Shown here in pieces: positions 23,324 through 37,493 of a stretch of DNA of 64,000 nt. How positions within the stretch are numbered: position 1 is the first letter of the stretch; each line of letters starts with the position of its first letter. The DNA is from Paraspadella gotoi. Lineage: Eukaryota; Animalia; Chaetognatha. Under the pieces are notes generated by a model, which was not told where the DNA came from, made no database searches, and worked only from the letters and a program-made list of their open reading frames with translations. The translations under genes and the position numbers were made by a program. The stretch covers positions 15,749,103 to 15,813,102 of the forward strand of contig CM119268.1 in NCBI GenBank assembly GCA_051294375.1. The letters run 5' to 3'.

Positions 23324-25878
23324 ACAACTCTATTACTCCCTCTCTCTCTCGCATCTCCACTCCTCTTCTTTTTCTCTCGTCTCGTCTCTCCTCTCATCTT
23401 TAAGAAAAAAGGTCTTTAAAGTCTTCTAGACTTCATTATCTTTGTATGGTTATCATATTAATTATATGTTAATCGTAAAATAAAGACAGTGAAACAAGTA
23501 ATTTTGAAATTTTCATGTTAATCATGAGACTATATACAGAGAGATCACGAATCCGTTTTAGGACTTTTCCTCTTCTCCCCAGTGGTTTTTTCCTCATTTT
23601 TTAAATTAAATACATATAAATATTAACGTTTCACGCCGTTACCTTTTTGTTTGGCGAAAAGTCACGCATTTCCCGCCCCCCCCCAAAAAAAAACCCATTG
23701 AGGTAAGAAAAACGTCTCTCCGTCCCATTCACGCGGTAATCTTCCCCGTTTCCTTCTTTTCTTTCTTTCTTTTTTTTTCCCGAGCGTCAAAAGAAATATG
23801 TAACCAATTTTCTCGGAATCTAAAAGCTGGTGAACCGAGGCGACGACCCTCGGTGGTAGAGGGCTCCCGGCGCGCGGCCGGGCGGCGCCAGCGACGCCGT
23901 CGTGGGGCGACGCCGAGGGCGGGCGCCGAAGCCGGGCGCCGTCGGAAGATCATCCTTTCCCTCCGCCGAAGGGAGGGAAAATAGAATAGGATTGAGATCG
24001 ACGAATTTAACACAGAATATTTGGTTTTTGTAATATATTAATAATTTCTTTTTGTCATACACATTTATAAAACGAACGCATTTTAATTTAAATTTAAAAA
24101 TATCATTTACTTTGATTTAAAAAATATAATTGGATATTGGTTATAGTAACTGTATGGCGCCCTTAGAATCACGCCATCTTCGGTCATTCGTTGAAAAAGC
24201 AACATGGTCTTTTAACTATATAGTTAAATACTCTGGGCTTGGAGTTGTAAGTGCAGATAAACTAAACAAATAAAGTTTATTTTGAAAGATATTCAGACCA
24301 GTTATTCCGTACATATATAATATTATTAAAGAAGAAATTTCTTTAGTTTTTCTTTGAAAACGAATTTATTTATTATGAAAAACGGACTCGGCTACACAAT
24401 AACCGAAACATGTCCGTTTTTCTTACCTACGCTACCTCCGTAACGAAAAAAAAAAGAAGTAAAACAATATAATATTATATACTATTTTAGTAAAACACCG
24501 CTTTTGCTAGCATCAATTTCAGTCCTACTCTCTTTTTCCCATACGGTAATTCTTGAGATTGCGCTGTTTGTATAGAAGTGGCCAAAATATATGGGCTGGG
24601 AGGAATTCTGGCTGCTCTTACCGAAAAATAGAGATGAAGAAGAGGAGGAAGTTGAGCAAGAGAAAGGCGAGGAGGAAGAGGAGGAAGGAAGAAGGAGAAA
24701 GTCGAGGAAAGAGAGACATTTAACTTTGAGGCAGTCATTTGGAACTCATTTTTCTTTCCCTTTTTTTTTGAGAGTCAAGAAGTTTTCTGTTTCGTTGTCT
24801 GTTTGTAAGTGGATAACAAAATTAAATAAATATCTTTCGTGGTATTATATTATGGTTTATATTTTTAAATTTATCCACTTTATAACATAGAATCATCTTG
24901 CGTTCATAGATTTAAATAAAACTTAATTTAATAAGTTATCCTCACAACCACTTCATCCCTAATGGTTCCTCTTACTTCTCGATCGACTTCAGTCCTAGAC
25001 TCGGCTCCACCTCGCGAGGAATGCGCTCCACGTTTTCGGTTCCGCTTTCTGCGTCTCTTCAGAAACTGCGAAGGCGGGTAAGGTAGGAAAGAACTTACCG
25101 AGGGCGGGGCGAGACTGGCTGGGGGTTTGTGTTCTGAAGGGAAGGAGTAAAGTATCCAGTGAGGTAAGTTAGAAAACAAGAAAGGTAGGAGAGAAATTGG
25201 TTCCCTTAAAGACATGTTTTTTTTTTGCGAAACGAGAGACAAACTGGAGTCTGATTAAAAGCTCTCAAAGGCATTATTTAAGTAGAACAACGGTCAGGTA
25301 AGGTTACAATACAAATTTAAGCAAAAAAAAATGTTAGCAATTTTTTTATTCCGTTCTTGTCTAATGTTACATCATGCTATGTCAAGTTACCGAGACTTAA
25401 TTGATCCCCCTGGTCCTAGTGGGAAAACGGGTGTTTCGCTGTTAGCGCGAAAAGAAAAAAAAATCTAGAGGAAGCAACTTCAGCCGAAAAAAAAAACAAA
25501 AAAAAAACGGGGTCGACCTCCACTGAACGATTCTGTTATTGAGACCCGGGAAGATTGATAAGAAAAGGAGGAAGTGGAAGGAGGAAGAAGAGGATGAAGA
25601 GGAGGAGGGACCTCATCAAAGGCCGAACTCGAAATTGCCCTCGCTCGCCCAAGATTGACTCGTGATCGTCACGAGAGGGCCGGCCCATCCTCTGGGTTCA
25701 CGACTCTCATGGCCCAAAACCCGCGTCGGTAAAAAGGGACACGCCTCTTTCCTTTTCTCCGAACGAGTTGGCGTTACCCCGCTGACGCCCCCTTGCGGCT
25801 TTATATAAAGTCAATTTTTCGAGAATAGACGATAACTCTTTGTCATTTCGTTCGATCACTAATTCAATTCATTTTTAA

Positions 25879-26142
25879 CCCCATGTATCGTTCGAAATTA
25901 TAGCTCTGATTTTTTAGTAGTCTATAAGTCTATAAGTCACTTTTCGGTCGGTCTGTCGGTCGGTCGGTCTGTCCTTCGGTCTGTCTCACTTACGTTAATA
26001 ATTTGCCTATAGTTGGTTGCTAATTTATTAAGCCAGAAAAAAACCTCAAATCTAAGGGACTGCTAGCGCCGCCTTCAGGAAATCCAAAAACTATAAAGAA
26101 TAATAGATGGAATTTCAATGCAGTGTATTGTAAATACAAGGG
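25879..26142. mobile_element. Degenerate non-autonomous DNA element (TTAA-flanked short TIRs) containing a GGTC/CTGT microsatellite
   Basis: TTAA|CCCCATGTAT ... ATACAAGGG|TTAA. Internal TTTTTAGT..CTATAAG..(CGGT/CTGT)n at 25911-25986 resembles DINE/Helentron-associated elements. Confidence 0.4.
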
Positions 26143-27293
26143 TTAAAAATTTTTTTTAGTTATTCATGTTATGTTATGTCATATCATATCATATGATCAA
26201 AGGGAAATACAAAATGAAAATCAAGTAACTGCGGCGCAACAAATTGGAATCACCGTTCTTGTTTTCTTAGTATTTTCTTCTCATCCCATATTCATCTCAA
26301 ATTCTCTCGGATTCCATCACCTCTCGTTCTTCGCTCCTTTACCGAAAAAAAATCCAATCTTCCTCTGCTTAGGCAGAGATCACCCTCGGTTCAGCGAAGG
26401 TCAGGTCGAGGTCGCGAGGAACTCAACTCCGGGTCACTTATTCCTCCCATTTTCTCTCACTGAGTGTGATAGTATTATCGACCTTTTGCTATCTTCCTTT
26501 TCTGTTTTTTGTTTCTTTTTTGTTTCTTTTTTTTCTTCTCCTTAATTTTGAATGTTGACTTACTTTCCTCCCTTCACTCTCCTTTCCTATTCTTCCTTTT
26601 TCTTTCATTCTTACTTTTCCTTTCCTTTTCCCTTTGATTTCTACTTATTCACTTAGTTTTTCCTTTCTTTCGTTTACTCCCATTTAGCATATTTGTTCCA
26701 TTGTCATTTCTCTTCACCCCCTTCTCCTTCTCCCATTGTTTTCCTTTTTCTCCCTCTTCCCAATTTTTGTCCCACTTTTCCTTCTTCTCCATGTTTCCTT
26801 TTCCTTCCTTTTCCCCCCTTTTGATTGAACTTCTTTTTCTTCTCTCACTTTTTCCTTTTTCTTCTTCTTTTTTCCTCCCCATTATCCTTTTTCTAACATT
26901 TTTTCCCTTTTCACTCTTTTCTCTCCCATTTTTTGTCCTACTTTTCCTTCTTCTTCCATGATTCCCCCCCTCAGTCCCGGCAAATCTTCTTCTAATTTTC
27001 TTTTTCATCCCACGGATTACAATCGACGCCGCAGGTTGGGAAAAAGAGAAAGAGAAAGAGGGTGGGGGAGGTGGGGCCTTACCAAAAGGAGCAGTGGGGC
27101 GCGAAAGGAAAGTTGGCGTTGGTGGAGGGAGGGCCGGGTGGAGTGGGTGAGTTTTCCTTCTTCATCCGGGATTCATGTCTTATCTTCTCTCCCTGCCTCC
27201 TTTTTTTCTCCAGGGCGCCAGGAGGCTTCTTGTTTATGGTGCCGCACACGTGGTCTGGGTTTTTTTTTCCACTTTCTCTCTTTCTCTGCGTCT

Positions 27294-27378
<85 letters not shown>

Positions 27379-28536
27379 CTCTCTCACTCTCTCTTCCATT
27401 CGATTTCTTTCTCTTTTTCTTTCTTTTTTACCGTGTTTATTTTCACTTTTGTCTGTTTTTTTTTTCTCTCGTTTTACCTCAGCAGTCGTCAATTGCTTTT
27501 TTCTTTCTCCTGGAGTCTCGTTCTGGTTTTTTTTAACGACGACGGTTAATCTGATCGCTCTTGTCATAATAAAAGTATATTTTTTTGGATCATCATAACA
27601 TTACTTACATACTGCAAAGAAACTCTTTATTAAATGTTTACAAAGCTCTCGATTACTATATATCTTTTCTTTCTCTCGATCGCAATTTCTATCTTTCTCT
27701 TTCCATCTCTCTATCAGTCTCACTCACTTTTCTGATTTAAGGCTAATGGCTTGGCTCCAACGCTTAATACGACGTAGTAGCTCCAGATTGTGGAGTAATT
27801 CCCTTTTATGATCAGGATTTTCCTCTCCTTTATTTCCTCCGCGCGGAATCTTCCTTCTTTTCCATCTCACTTTCGCTTTTCTCTCTCCTTTCTCTTTCTC
27901 TCTTTTTACTATTTTAATTATTTCTCTCTTTTTTTTTACAATTTCTCGACTCTGATTTTCTTTCTCTTCTTTTTTCTCTTTTATTTAATATTTGTTCCCC
28001 TTCCTCTTTGTGTTTCTGGTTTCTTTGATATCCGCATTCTTTTTTTTCTTTTTTTTCTTTTTTCTTTCTTTTTTTTTTTTATTAACCCACCGAATCCTTT
28101 TGTGTGGCTTCTTTCTTTCCTCCCGTCTCCGCTCAGTGAAGGGTAAAGTCTGGGATTTTCTCTACCTTTTTCTTTTTCCCCTTTTCACCTTGTATTTCCT
28201 CTATGTCTCTATTCTTTTTTGTTTTCTCTTATGATTCTCTTTTTCTTATATAATCAAAACTGTATTTTTATTCCATAGGTGTCATTGCTTATCTTTTTTG
28301 TGTTCCCGCCTCAGAAGATTTGTATTTCTTAGCAGTTTCTCTCTCTATCTCTAACTCTATCATTTATTCGCTTTCTCTCTTTCACTTCCCCTTTTGTGCC
28401 ACACCATAGAAAAACCATAATACAATTTTTCTTGCCCGGCATGGTTCAAGATTCAAGCAAAAGTGTTTTTTAAAAATATTTTCTGATTCTTGTTTATATT
28501 TCTGTAAATTGTAATATTTTACCTTTTATTTTTATT

Positions 28537-28665
<129 letters not shown>

Positions 28666-29540
28666 CTCTTTTGATTAGCAAAGACAATTAATTAATCGTC
28701 TGTTTTTCTCCGCTCTGCCTTGAAGAGGAGACGAAGGCTGCTCGGCGTAGGAAATAAACAAGTCGCTCTCGAGTAAGAAACGGAAATAAATTAAATTAAA
28801 TAACAGATATACTATAAGGCGAGAAAATGAAATTGAATAACGCGACGGAGAGTTGTAAACAAGTGGCTATTGGAAAAGGCGCCTGGGCAGCGCAAGAGAA
28901 GCAGGCTTGGCGATGGTGAACGAGGCATCTTGAAAAGAGTGAAGGTCGCTGTGAATTCTTGTGAAGCTGAGAGTGAAAAATTTCGAAATGTCCAAGACTC
29001 GGGAACGATCATTTGATCAGAGAAGTAATTATTTATTTTACTCTATCTTTTTTTGCGGCAATTGTTCTTTTTTTATTCAATTTCATTTTTTTAAAATTGA
29101 TTTTATTTTCCTAAATTTTTTTGATGACTTTTTGATGACAATTTCTCGTCAGTAACCAGTCGCATCATGTATAACTAATTACTGATAAGTCCTAGAGATC
29201 AATGACAGACAGAAACCCCCATCTCCATATCTACCCCCATCCATAGCATCGCTCTCCCACCTCCCCTTCCTCCCCACTTTCCTTCAAAACGCCGCCATTG
29301 CCTATTCCAACCGCGCGCCAAAACTTGACTCCGTCTCCCTTCCAATTAAGTTCGGCGCCGCCCCGAAATTCCCTTTCGCGCCTCCCAATCAAAACCCGCG
29401 AAAAAAAGGGACCTTAAATCAGCCTCTCTCTCTTTCTCCCTCTCTCTTTGTCTGTCTCTCTCAGTCTCTCTTCCAAACTTTCCACTTTCCTTCGAATTAG
29501 GCGGAGAGGGAGTGATTAAAAATAGAAAAGAAGGGAGGCG

Positions 29541-29660
<120 letters not shown>

Positions 29661-31051
29661 CTTGGGGCTTCTAGGCAACTCTTAAAAAAAGAGGGGAAAT
29701 ATTCCATCTCTCACAATTTTTCGCGGCCTCTTTTTTTATTTTTCGTCTCCAATCGGAAGAGTCGGTTGCCCGGGAGACGCTTCTCATTGGTCCGCTCGAT
29801 CGCTCCTCTCTCCCTCTCTCTCTCTTTCTTTTTCTTTCGCCGATAGAGAGCGAGAGAGATCTAAGAAAGGGGAAAAGAGAAAAGAAGGAAATAAAAAGAC
29901 GCGCGCCTTGCGTCGGCGTCGACGCCCGAAGAAAAGCGCCAGCGAAAAAAGGAAGGAAGAAGGAAAACTCTCTTTTTTTTCTTTCTTTTTTCCTCTTATT
30001 TTTCTCTTCATTTAATTTTTTTAAATTTTTCTTTCTCGATCGGTTGGATTCCAAGGAGAGGTGGCGTCAGCGCAAGAGACAACGGAGAGAAATAGTAGCG
30101 TCCATTACGACGCCTCGTGTTGGAAACCTCTCGCAACGGGAAGCTTTCGTCTTACTGTCGAAGGAAAGAGTTTAGATCTTAACGAAATTTTATTTTCAAC
30201 ATTTTTACCGCAAAAGATTTGTCAATAATATTAATAACGAGAAAAATTATAACTTGTTATCTTTTCCCCAGATTTCTCATTGATTTCTAATGTAGAGTGC
30301 GTTTGTAAATTTAGAGAAAGCGTTTGTCGACTATTTCTGAAACAATACTAAATAAATATTGAATTAGAGCGCAATCGGACTCCAACTTTACCTAAATTTA
30401 CCTATAGGAAGTAGATTGTAGAAGCTAGATGTAGAAACGATATCCCCTTAAAAATTATTCTCCCGGTTTTTCTCTGCTCTCGGCTTGTTACTCGCGAAGG
30501 AAATATGGAATGCAACGATTCTACGCTCCTTAATCAGTTTGGGAAACGAGACACTGAGTTCGAACGAGTTTGTCACGCTTGGAGCCGAGGCGGAGGCGTT
30601 TTTCCCTGGCAAAGAAATAGATAAAGGAAATCGGACTTACCTTACCTTACCAATTGCCCTAACTAACCTCACCGTAACCGGGTTCGATAGTAGATCGAGA
30701 GTCTTACTGAGATTTTTAATCATCGATTTGTCTTGGCTATAAATAGCCTTGCCACTCGTTCGTTGCTTATATTTCGATTTGTTTTCAACATTAACATTAA
30801 CATCATTTATTTCGTTATATTTGTATAAGTGACCAATATACTTGGACGTATTTTCATTTTCTGACTCATCGTTACATCCATTATGTCCGCCACACGACCA
30901 TCTAATTTTTCATCCCACGCTTTCCAGCAGTTTTCTTCTTCCTTCAACCGTTCCTTCCCGCTTCCCTTTAATTTAATCTCCTTCGTTTTGTTTTCTCAAG
31001 TCTTTCATTTTACGTCACCGCCTCTCGTCGAGATTCTCGCGACGCCATCTT

Positions 31052-31120
<69 letters not shown>

Positions 31121-31179
31121 TCACTTCTGCCACCTCGCGCGCGACGGTCAGTCACCTCCTTTTTCGCTCTCCTCCCCAA

Positions 31180-31414
31180 CCAATCAGAGGCCGCAATTTC
31201 TTCTAGCAAAATCGATTACCAATCAAAGAGCGACTTTGCTTCCAGCGATGGTCAAAGACGCCTTCTCTTGACCAATGGTCAAACGGGTAAGAGCTCTGCG
31301 CTCCAAGTAGAAATCATGCACTTGACCAATCAACGTTCGTCGAAATAAAGCGACGTCCAGTCCCGTCCAATCAATTTTCAATGTTTACTAACGACGTTCA
31401 ATAAAACGACCAAT
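31180..31414 (+). promoter_or_regulatory. Cluster of six same-orientation CCAAT boxes
   Basis: CCAAT at 31180, 31219, 31272, 31326, 31367 and 31410, mostly in NF-Y-like RRCCAATSR context. Confidence 0.55.
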
Positions 31415-31501
31415 GAACGTTCGTCTCCTTTTCCCCTGAGTACTTTTTCTCATCTCACAAACGCCGTCGTAAGAAAAACCTTCTCTGCCCCTCATTCTTT
31501 A

Positions 31502-31627
<126 letters not shown>

Positions 31628-32131
31628 GTGCCTCCTTTTCTCCCCCTCAACCTCTTTATTTTATTCGTTTTTCACGATGACCAAGATGGCGTCTTTATTG
31701 CGTCTTCCGATGTTTACTTGACTGTTTGGTCTTTGCCTTTGAACAAACACGCTTTCAAGATGACGTCGGTGACGAAGTTGACGGCGTCAAAGTGGCGGCA
31801 AAGTGGCGGCTAGGTGGCGGCGAGACAGCTTTAGTGGTTGCGTGGTGCGTTCTATAAATATGGTTTTCCTTAATCTTATACAGTTTTTCCCTTGTTTCAC
31901 TTTTCTTTTCAACTTTTCAAGTTCGTTTTTTCTTTCTAATTTCCACTTGGAGCGAATCAGTTTGTGTCTTTTTTCTCATTTTCTTAATTTTCTTTTTATT
32001 CACGTTTCTTCTTTTTAGTTTTTGCTCGCTTGCTTTCTTTCTTTCTTTCTTTCTTTCTTTTTTTCTTTCTTTTTTTCTTTTTTTCTTTTTTTCTTTTTTT
32101 CTTTTTTTCTTTTTTTCTTTTTTTCTTTTTT

Positions 32132-32164
<33 letters not shown>

Positions 32165-32703
32165 TTTCTTTCTTTCTTTCTTCTTTTTTTTTAAATACCT
32201 TTTCTTTCTATCCCTTGCTTTTCTTTTTAATCTCTTCCCTTCTTCCTTTATATGTAAACCATTTTTTTTCGCCATTGAGCGATATCGCTTCATCAGTCAT
32301 CCGATGCTGCTCTCTTCAACCATCAAGTTAAGATTAGGGTTAATGATTAACCCAAATCTTTCGATTATCAAATCGATCATCAAAGATTTTTTTCACGGAA
32401 ATCTCCCTCTTCCTCAACAGGGAAAGTAAAAGAGAAAGAAGACAGCCAGCTAGAGGAGAGAAGAGAGAAGAGGGAGAGAGCGAGAGAAGAGAGAGAGAGA
32501 GATGACGGGAGAGGAGGAGAGAGAGGACCGCCGAAAGGAGGCAATCCTGTTCCTATGTCTCATTTGCATAATTTTCATGACGGCTGTCCCTGTGGTTGTT
32601 TATTGCGAAACGGGAGGAAGAGGCGATAAGAAGATCTTATGCATTAGAGATGAACTTACACAAATTCTAACATGAAAACAGACTCTCTCTCTCTCTCTCT
32701 CTT

Positions 32704-32739
<36 letters not shown>

Positions 32740-33104
32740 TCTCATTACGGAAAAAAATTGCGTTATCTTGAGTTGACGAAATTTGTGATTCACTCGTTGT
32801 TTTCGTCTTTTTGCATTTGCTATTTTTGGTTTCGTAGAGATAAACCACTACAAGCTGCGTAGAAACAAATTATGTTTACGTATAAAATAGGGATTTTATT
32901 CAATTAAAAAGAGGCTCTATGAAACTTTCATTAAATTGATTAAAGGTACTTATTGTTTAACAGATAAATACACATCGCACAATCAATACGGAATGAGAGG
33001 CCGATGAGAAACGTTTACATAAAAGACAACCCTGAAAGAAAAAAATAACTATATCTAAGTATATAAATATATAAGTATATAAGTAAAAGAGAGAGAATGG
33101 CTCA

Positions 33105-33151
33105 GCACCGCACCGCACCGCACCGCACCCCACCGCACCGCACCGCACCGC
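33105..33151. repeat. (GCACC)n pentanucleotide microsatellite
   Basis: About nine near-perfect tandem units read directly. Confidence 0.9.
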
Positions 33152-33789
33152 AATGTTCCGCACAGCATAGCGCGGCTCCGCCTTCAAGGCTCCAGTGGAG
33201 CGTAAAGATGAACTTAATAGACATATTCAACCGGGTTTTTTTTTACTCCAGGGAAGGCGAGCTTAAGACGATGAAGACGGTCGCAAGGCTTATTCTATGG
33301 GAGGCTGAAGCGCACCGATCGGGAAGAAGATCGGCGCCGGTAAATTTAAGTGGGGAAGGAAGAGGAGAAGAAATCGTTGACCTTCCACAAGACGTTGGGA
33401 GTTTCCTCGGTTTTGCGCCTGCAACTGATTAATGTGAGTTTTTCATATAAAATAATAACTTTTTATTCATTATTTTATGTCATTCATTTTTAAGATAATT
33501 CTAGACATTTCAATATTTTATGTACAATAAAATCTTCTGTATAGTTTGACAACAAAAATATAATTTAACAATATAAATAAAATAAAATGCGAAAGTAAAA
33601 ACTTAAAATAAAAATAAAAATAACTCTTGCGGTCGTTCGAAGAAAAACAATGACGCTGGCAAACAGCCTCTCTTCGACGGGGAACGTGGACCGAAGGGCT
33701 CGTCTTGCGCGCGCTTCAATAGTTTTGATTAATCCTCATGGATTATTTCTAAATGTATTGAAAATGTGTAGAAGAAAGAAACGTGCGGA

Positions 33790-33894
<105 letters not shown>

Positions 33895-34469
33895 AAAGAA
33901 GAGGGCCAGTAAAGAAGGGGAAAAAAACTGTTTTATGATTAACATATTTATTGGTTTTCTTAGAAAAAACTTATCGTTAGTTTGCTCTAGTATAAATATG
34001 GAATTTTTATGCTGAATTCTTAACCGAGATTAAATTAAGAACAGACTGAATCACAGGTTCCACCATCAACGACCATCCAATTTTTTTATATTTATTTTAA
34101 AATTTAGTCTAATATATTGGTTGTACCAATTTCATAGTAAAACAAGTAATTCTGAAATTTTCATAAAAAAGTTGAAACTTACTAAAATTTTCTCTTTCTG
34201 TCGTGGGTTAGAATTTGTCTTTGCTCCTCCAAAGAACCGCTTGGTCCACGATTGTTTCTCGGAGATATAAAAGCAAGAGATATTCTCGGTGTACGATTTC
34301 CATCGCGTACGACTTGGCCAGCCTTTCGCATCGTATTAAGGTAAACGCGGCTAATTTCCTTTCAGCGCGGCCTCCACTCGCGCTTTCAATCCTCGCTCTT
34401 TCCTCTGATAAGGCCTTTCCTCCGCGTTTCTTTCCTTTCCTCCCCGCCTTTCTCCCTTTATTTTGTCTC

Positions 34470-34810
34470 CTCTTTTATTTCCTTCTTCTAACTTTCCTTA
34501 CTTTATCTTCTTGCTCCTTTCCCTCCTTTTCCCTTGTCTTTTCTCTTTCATTTCCTTCTTCTAACTTTCCTTACTTTATCTTCTTGTTCCTTTCCCTCCT
34601 TTTCCCTTTTCTTTTCTCTTTTATTTCCTTCGTCTTCCTTTCCTTACTTTATTTTCCTTCCTTTCCTTACTTTTTCTTCTTGCTCCTTTCCCTCCTTTTC
34701 CCTTTTCTTTTCTCTTTCATTTCCATCGTCTTCCTTTCCTTACTTTATCTTCTTGCTCCTTTCCCTCCTTTTCCCTTTTCTTTTCTCTTTTATTTCCTTC
34801 CCCTTCCTTT
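34470..34810. repeat. Pyrimidine-rich minisatellite, ~73-96 bp unit, about 4 copies
   Basis: Recurrent TTCCTTACTTTATCTTCTTGCTCCTTTCCCTCCTTTTCCCT near 34494, 34567, 34663 and 34736. Confidence 0.8.
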
Positions 34811-36146
34811 TCTTTTTATCTTCTTCCTCCCCTCCTTTTTTCTTTTCCTCCCTCCCTTCTTATCGCTCTCCGCGTCGTCTTCCTCCCGTATTTCAAGCCA
34901 ATGTCCGTTCCTCTCTTTTTTTCCCACTCCCCCCTTTCTTTTAATCCTTCCCCCCTTCTTAACCCCTCTCTCCCTCCTCCCTCCCCCACTCACGCATCTC
35001 GGAGGCGCTAATGAAGGGCTAAAGAAGAAATAGGATGNNNNNNNNNNNNNNNNNNNNNNNNNACAAAGAGAGATCTAGCTCCTTTTCTTTCAAAGTTATT
35101 TTAAAAAATAATTTTTGTTTAAACTAACGCAGTACAAATCCCTGTTAAATAAAAATTTTTGGCCAAAGCAGGAGTATCTCACTTATTCTATTGAGTACAA
35201 TACTTAAATTTTAAAAATAAAACTTGAAAGAAATTTTTTTGTCATTATAGAGAAATATCACTTTTAGATGTACCCATCGTTATAATATTGTTTATTTATT
35301 CCTAAAAATGCCTAATAAAAAAGTTGAAAATTTTTTTAAAATTGGTTGGAAAAAAAATTCTTCAACGACCTATGCTCATTGAAGAATAATCGCGTTTTGC
35401 ATAGAAAATCAAAATATCAAAAAAATAAAAAAAAATGTCAGCTCTAAAAATTGAAAGGCTAGAGGCTGATTTTTTAGAATTGGCAAAATTTTTTCCTAAC
35501 TCAAAATCCATTATTCTCAAGTTTCAAATATTTTTTTCAAAAATCATTCAATCATTTTTTTTTTATAATTTAAAATGTTTTCTTATGATGTTGTTTTTTT
35601 TGACAATAATTGAAAAAAAGTGAAAAATATAGTTAATTATATAAGTTTTTGGAAATACCCTCTAAATATTAGATAATTAGATACAAGGGGAGTTAAGCAG
35701 AGAAAACTCCCATTCATAAAAAAAATTGAAAATGGAATTTGTCATATTGTTATTTAGTTAAATTGACTAATTACAAAACATATGATCATATAATGAGAGG
35801 AAATGATGGGTAAAAAATATTCATCTTGGTCTCGGTTTAACTATTAAGTTATCGTTAAAGTTTTGTTTTAATAATATGAATATTTTTTTTGCATTCTATA
35901 AAAGCCAATGGTCTACAAATTTGTTGTAAGCGTTTCGAGCTAATATTGCTCATCTTTTTTACTATTTTTGATCTAGTTAGCTTTTTTGTAATGGTCAAGG
36001 GTTTAGGTCAGACACAGTAATGTCCAGTAGTGTATATCCACATTTACCAAAAGTAATAATCAATTAATTTGGCGGTCACGAAACAATTTAAAGGAGACAA
36101 AATCAGCAACGAGACAGTAACGCCACGTTATTTTTCATTGGTTCAT

Positions 36147-36529
36147 TAAGCAATTCTTGAGCTCTTCTTGTCATAATAGTATATGAAATTAGTATTTAAA
36201 CTGATAGTATTTTTCTAAGGGTTTTCCCGTGCCTAGTCTCACCTTTTTGTGGTATATATCTCGTTTCTTAGTCCTTACCCTTTTCCCCCTTCCTTCCCAA
36301 TTCTCGCATACTCCACCCCCCACTCCCTCACCGCCCTCCCACCCACTTTTTCTATTACACTTAATCATCGGCCTTTTCTCTGCTTCGCTCGACAAGTTCC
36401 CATTTTCTCTTAATGTTGAACTTCTCTTTTTTTCATCGACTTTCTTTCTCGCGCCTGATTTAAAACTCCACTCACCTGAAACAAATGATTCTTCGACGGG
36501 TTGAACGAGCTCTCTCTCTCTCTCTCTCT

Positions 36530-36610
<81 letters not shown>

Positions 36611-37493
36611 TCGAAAATTCGTGACGTTAAAATATTCTTTCATGATTGACTTTCATCCTTATCAAAACAACGAAGTACAGTCGTACAATATACATTTAAA
36701 AAAGTTAAAATTTTTTTATGATCACCGCTTGGTCATCACTAATCAAATTAAACATTAATTGGAGTTGTGCTTTTAGGTCCAGTATTTTGGGGATCTTTAT
36801 GGTACTCAAGTTCGAAACGAGCGGATATGTGTATACATTGTATATTTTTACATACATTCTATATCAAGTAGGTCTAATTTGTTTCGGCGGTTGTGTCCCC
36901 CCATGCTATTTTAATCTGGCCTAAGTATTTCATCGGTATATTTATTTTTACTAAAGTTAGGCAGAGACTGAGCATCATCGTCCGTCACTGGCAAGGGGAA
37001 CAACCAAAGATAAAATGAAATCTCCACTTTTATAACTGTAGCGTCATGCAGAAAAGAAAAAGAGTTAGAAGGAAAGGAAAGCAGAAGGAGAGAAGAGGAG
37101 AGAGAGAGAGAGAGAGAGTAGAGAGAGAGAGATGTAGAGAGAGAGAGAGAGAGAGAGAGAGAAGTCATCTGAGAGCCGAGAAGGTTGACCGTTTGCGCGT
37201 ATTTCTCCGTATACTCCCCCCGCCCACTCTCTTATTTCCACACTCTCCTCTTCCCCCCATGTGCCTCCTCCCACTCTTCCCTCTCTCGGAGCCGGCGTCT
37301 TCAGGATGTATGCTGAGATGTTCGGAGTATTGCGAGAATTGGGGAAGGAGGGGGGAAAGAGGGTAAGGACTAAGAACGGGGATATACCACAAAAAGGTGA
37401 GACTATGCCCGGGAAAACCCTAGAAAAATACTATCAGTTTAATACAAATTTCATACACTATTATGACAAAAAGAGCTTCTCAAGAATTGCTTA
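36147..37493. repeat. ~170-bp imperfect inverted repeat pair (36147-36314 / 37324-37493) about 1 kb apart
   Basis: TAAGCAATTCTTGAG...AAACTGATAGTATTTTTCTA...CTCACCTTTTTGTGGTATA...TTAGTCCTTACCC is mirrored at 37324-37493. No clear TSD. Confidence 0.85.
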
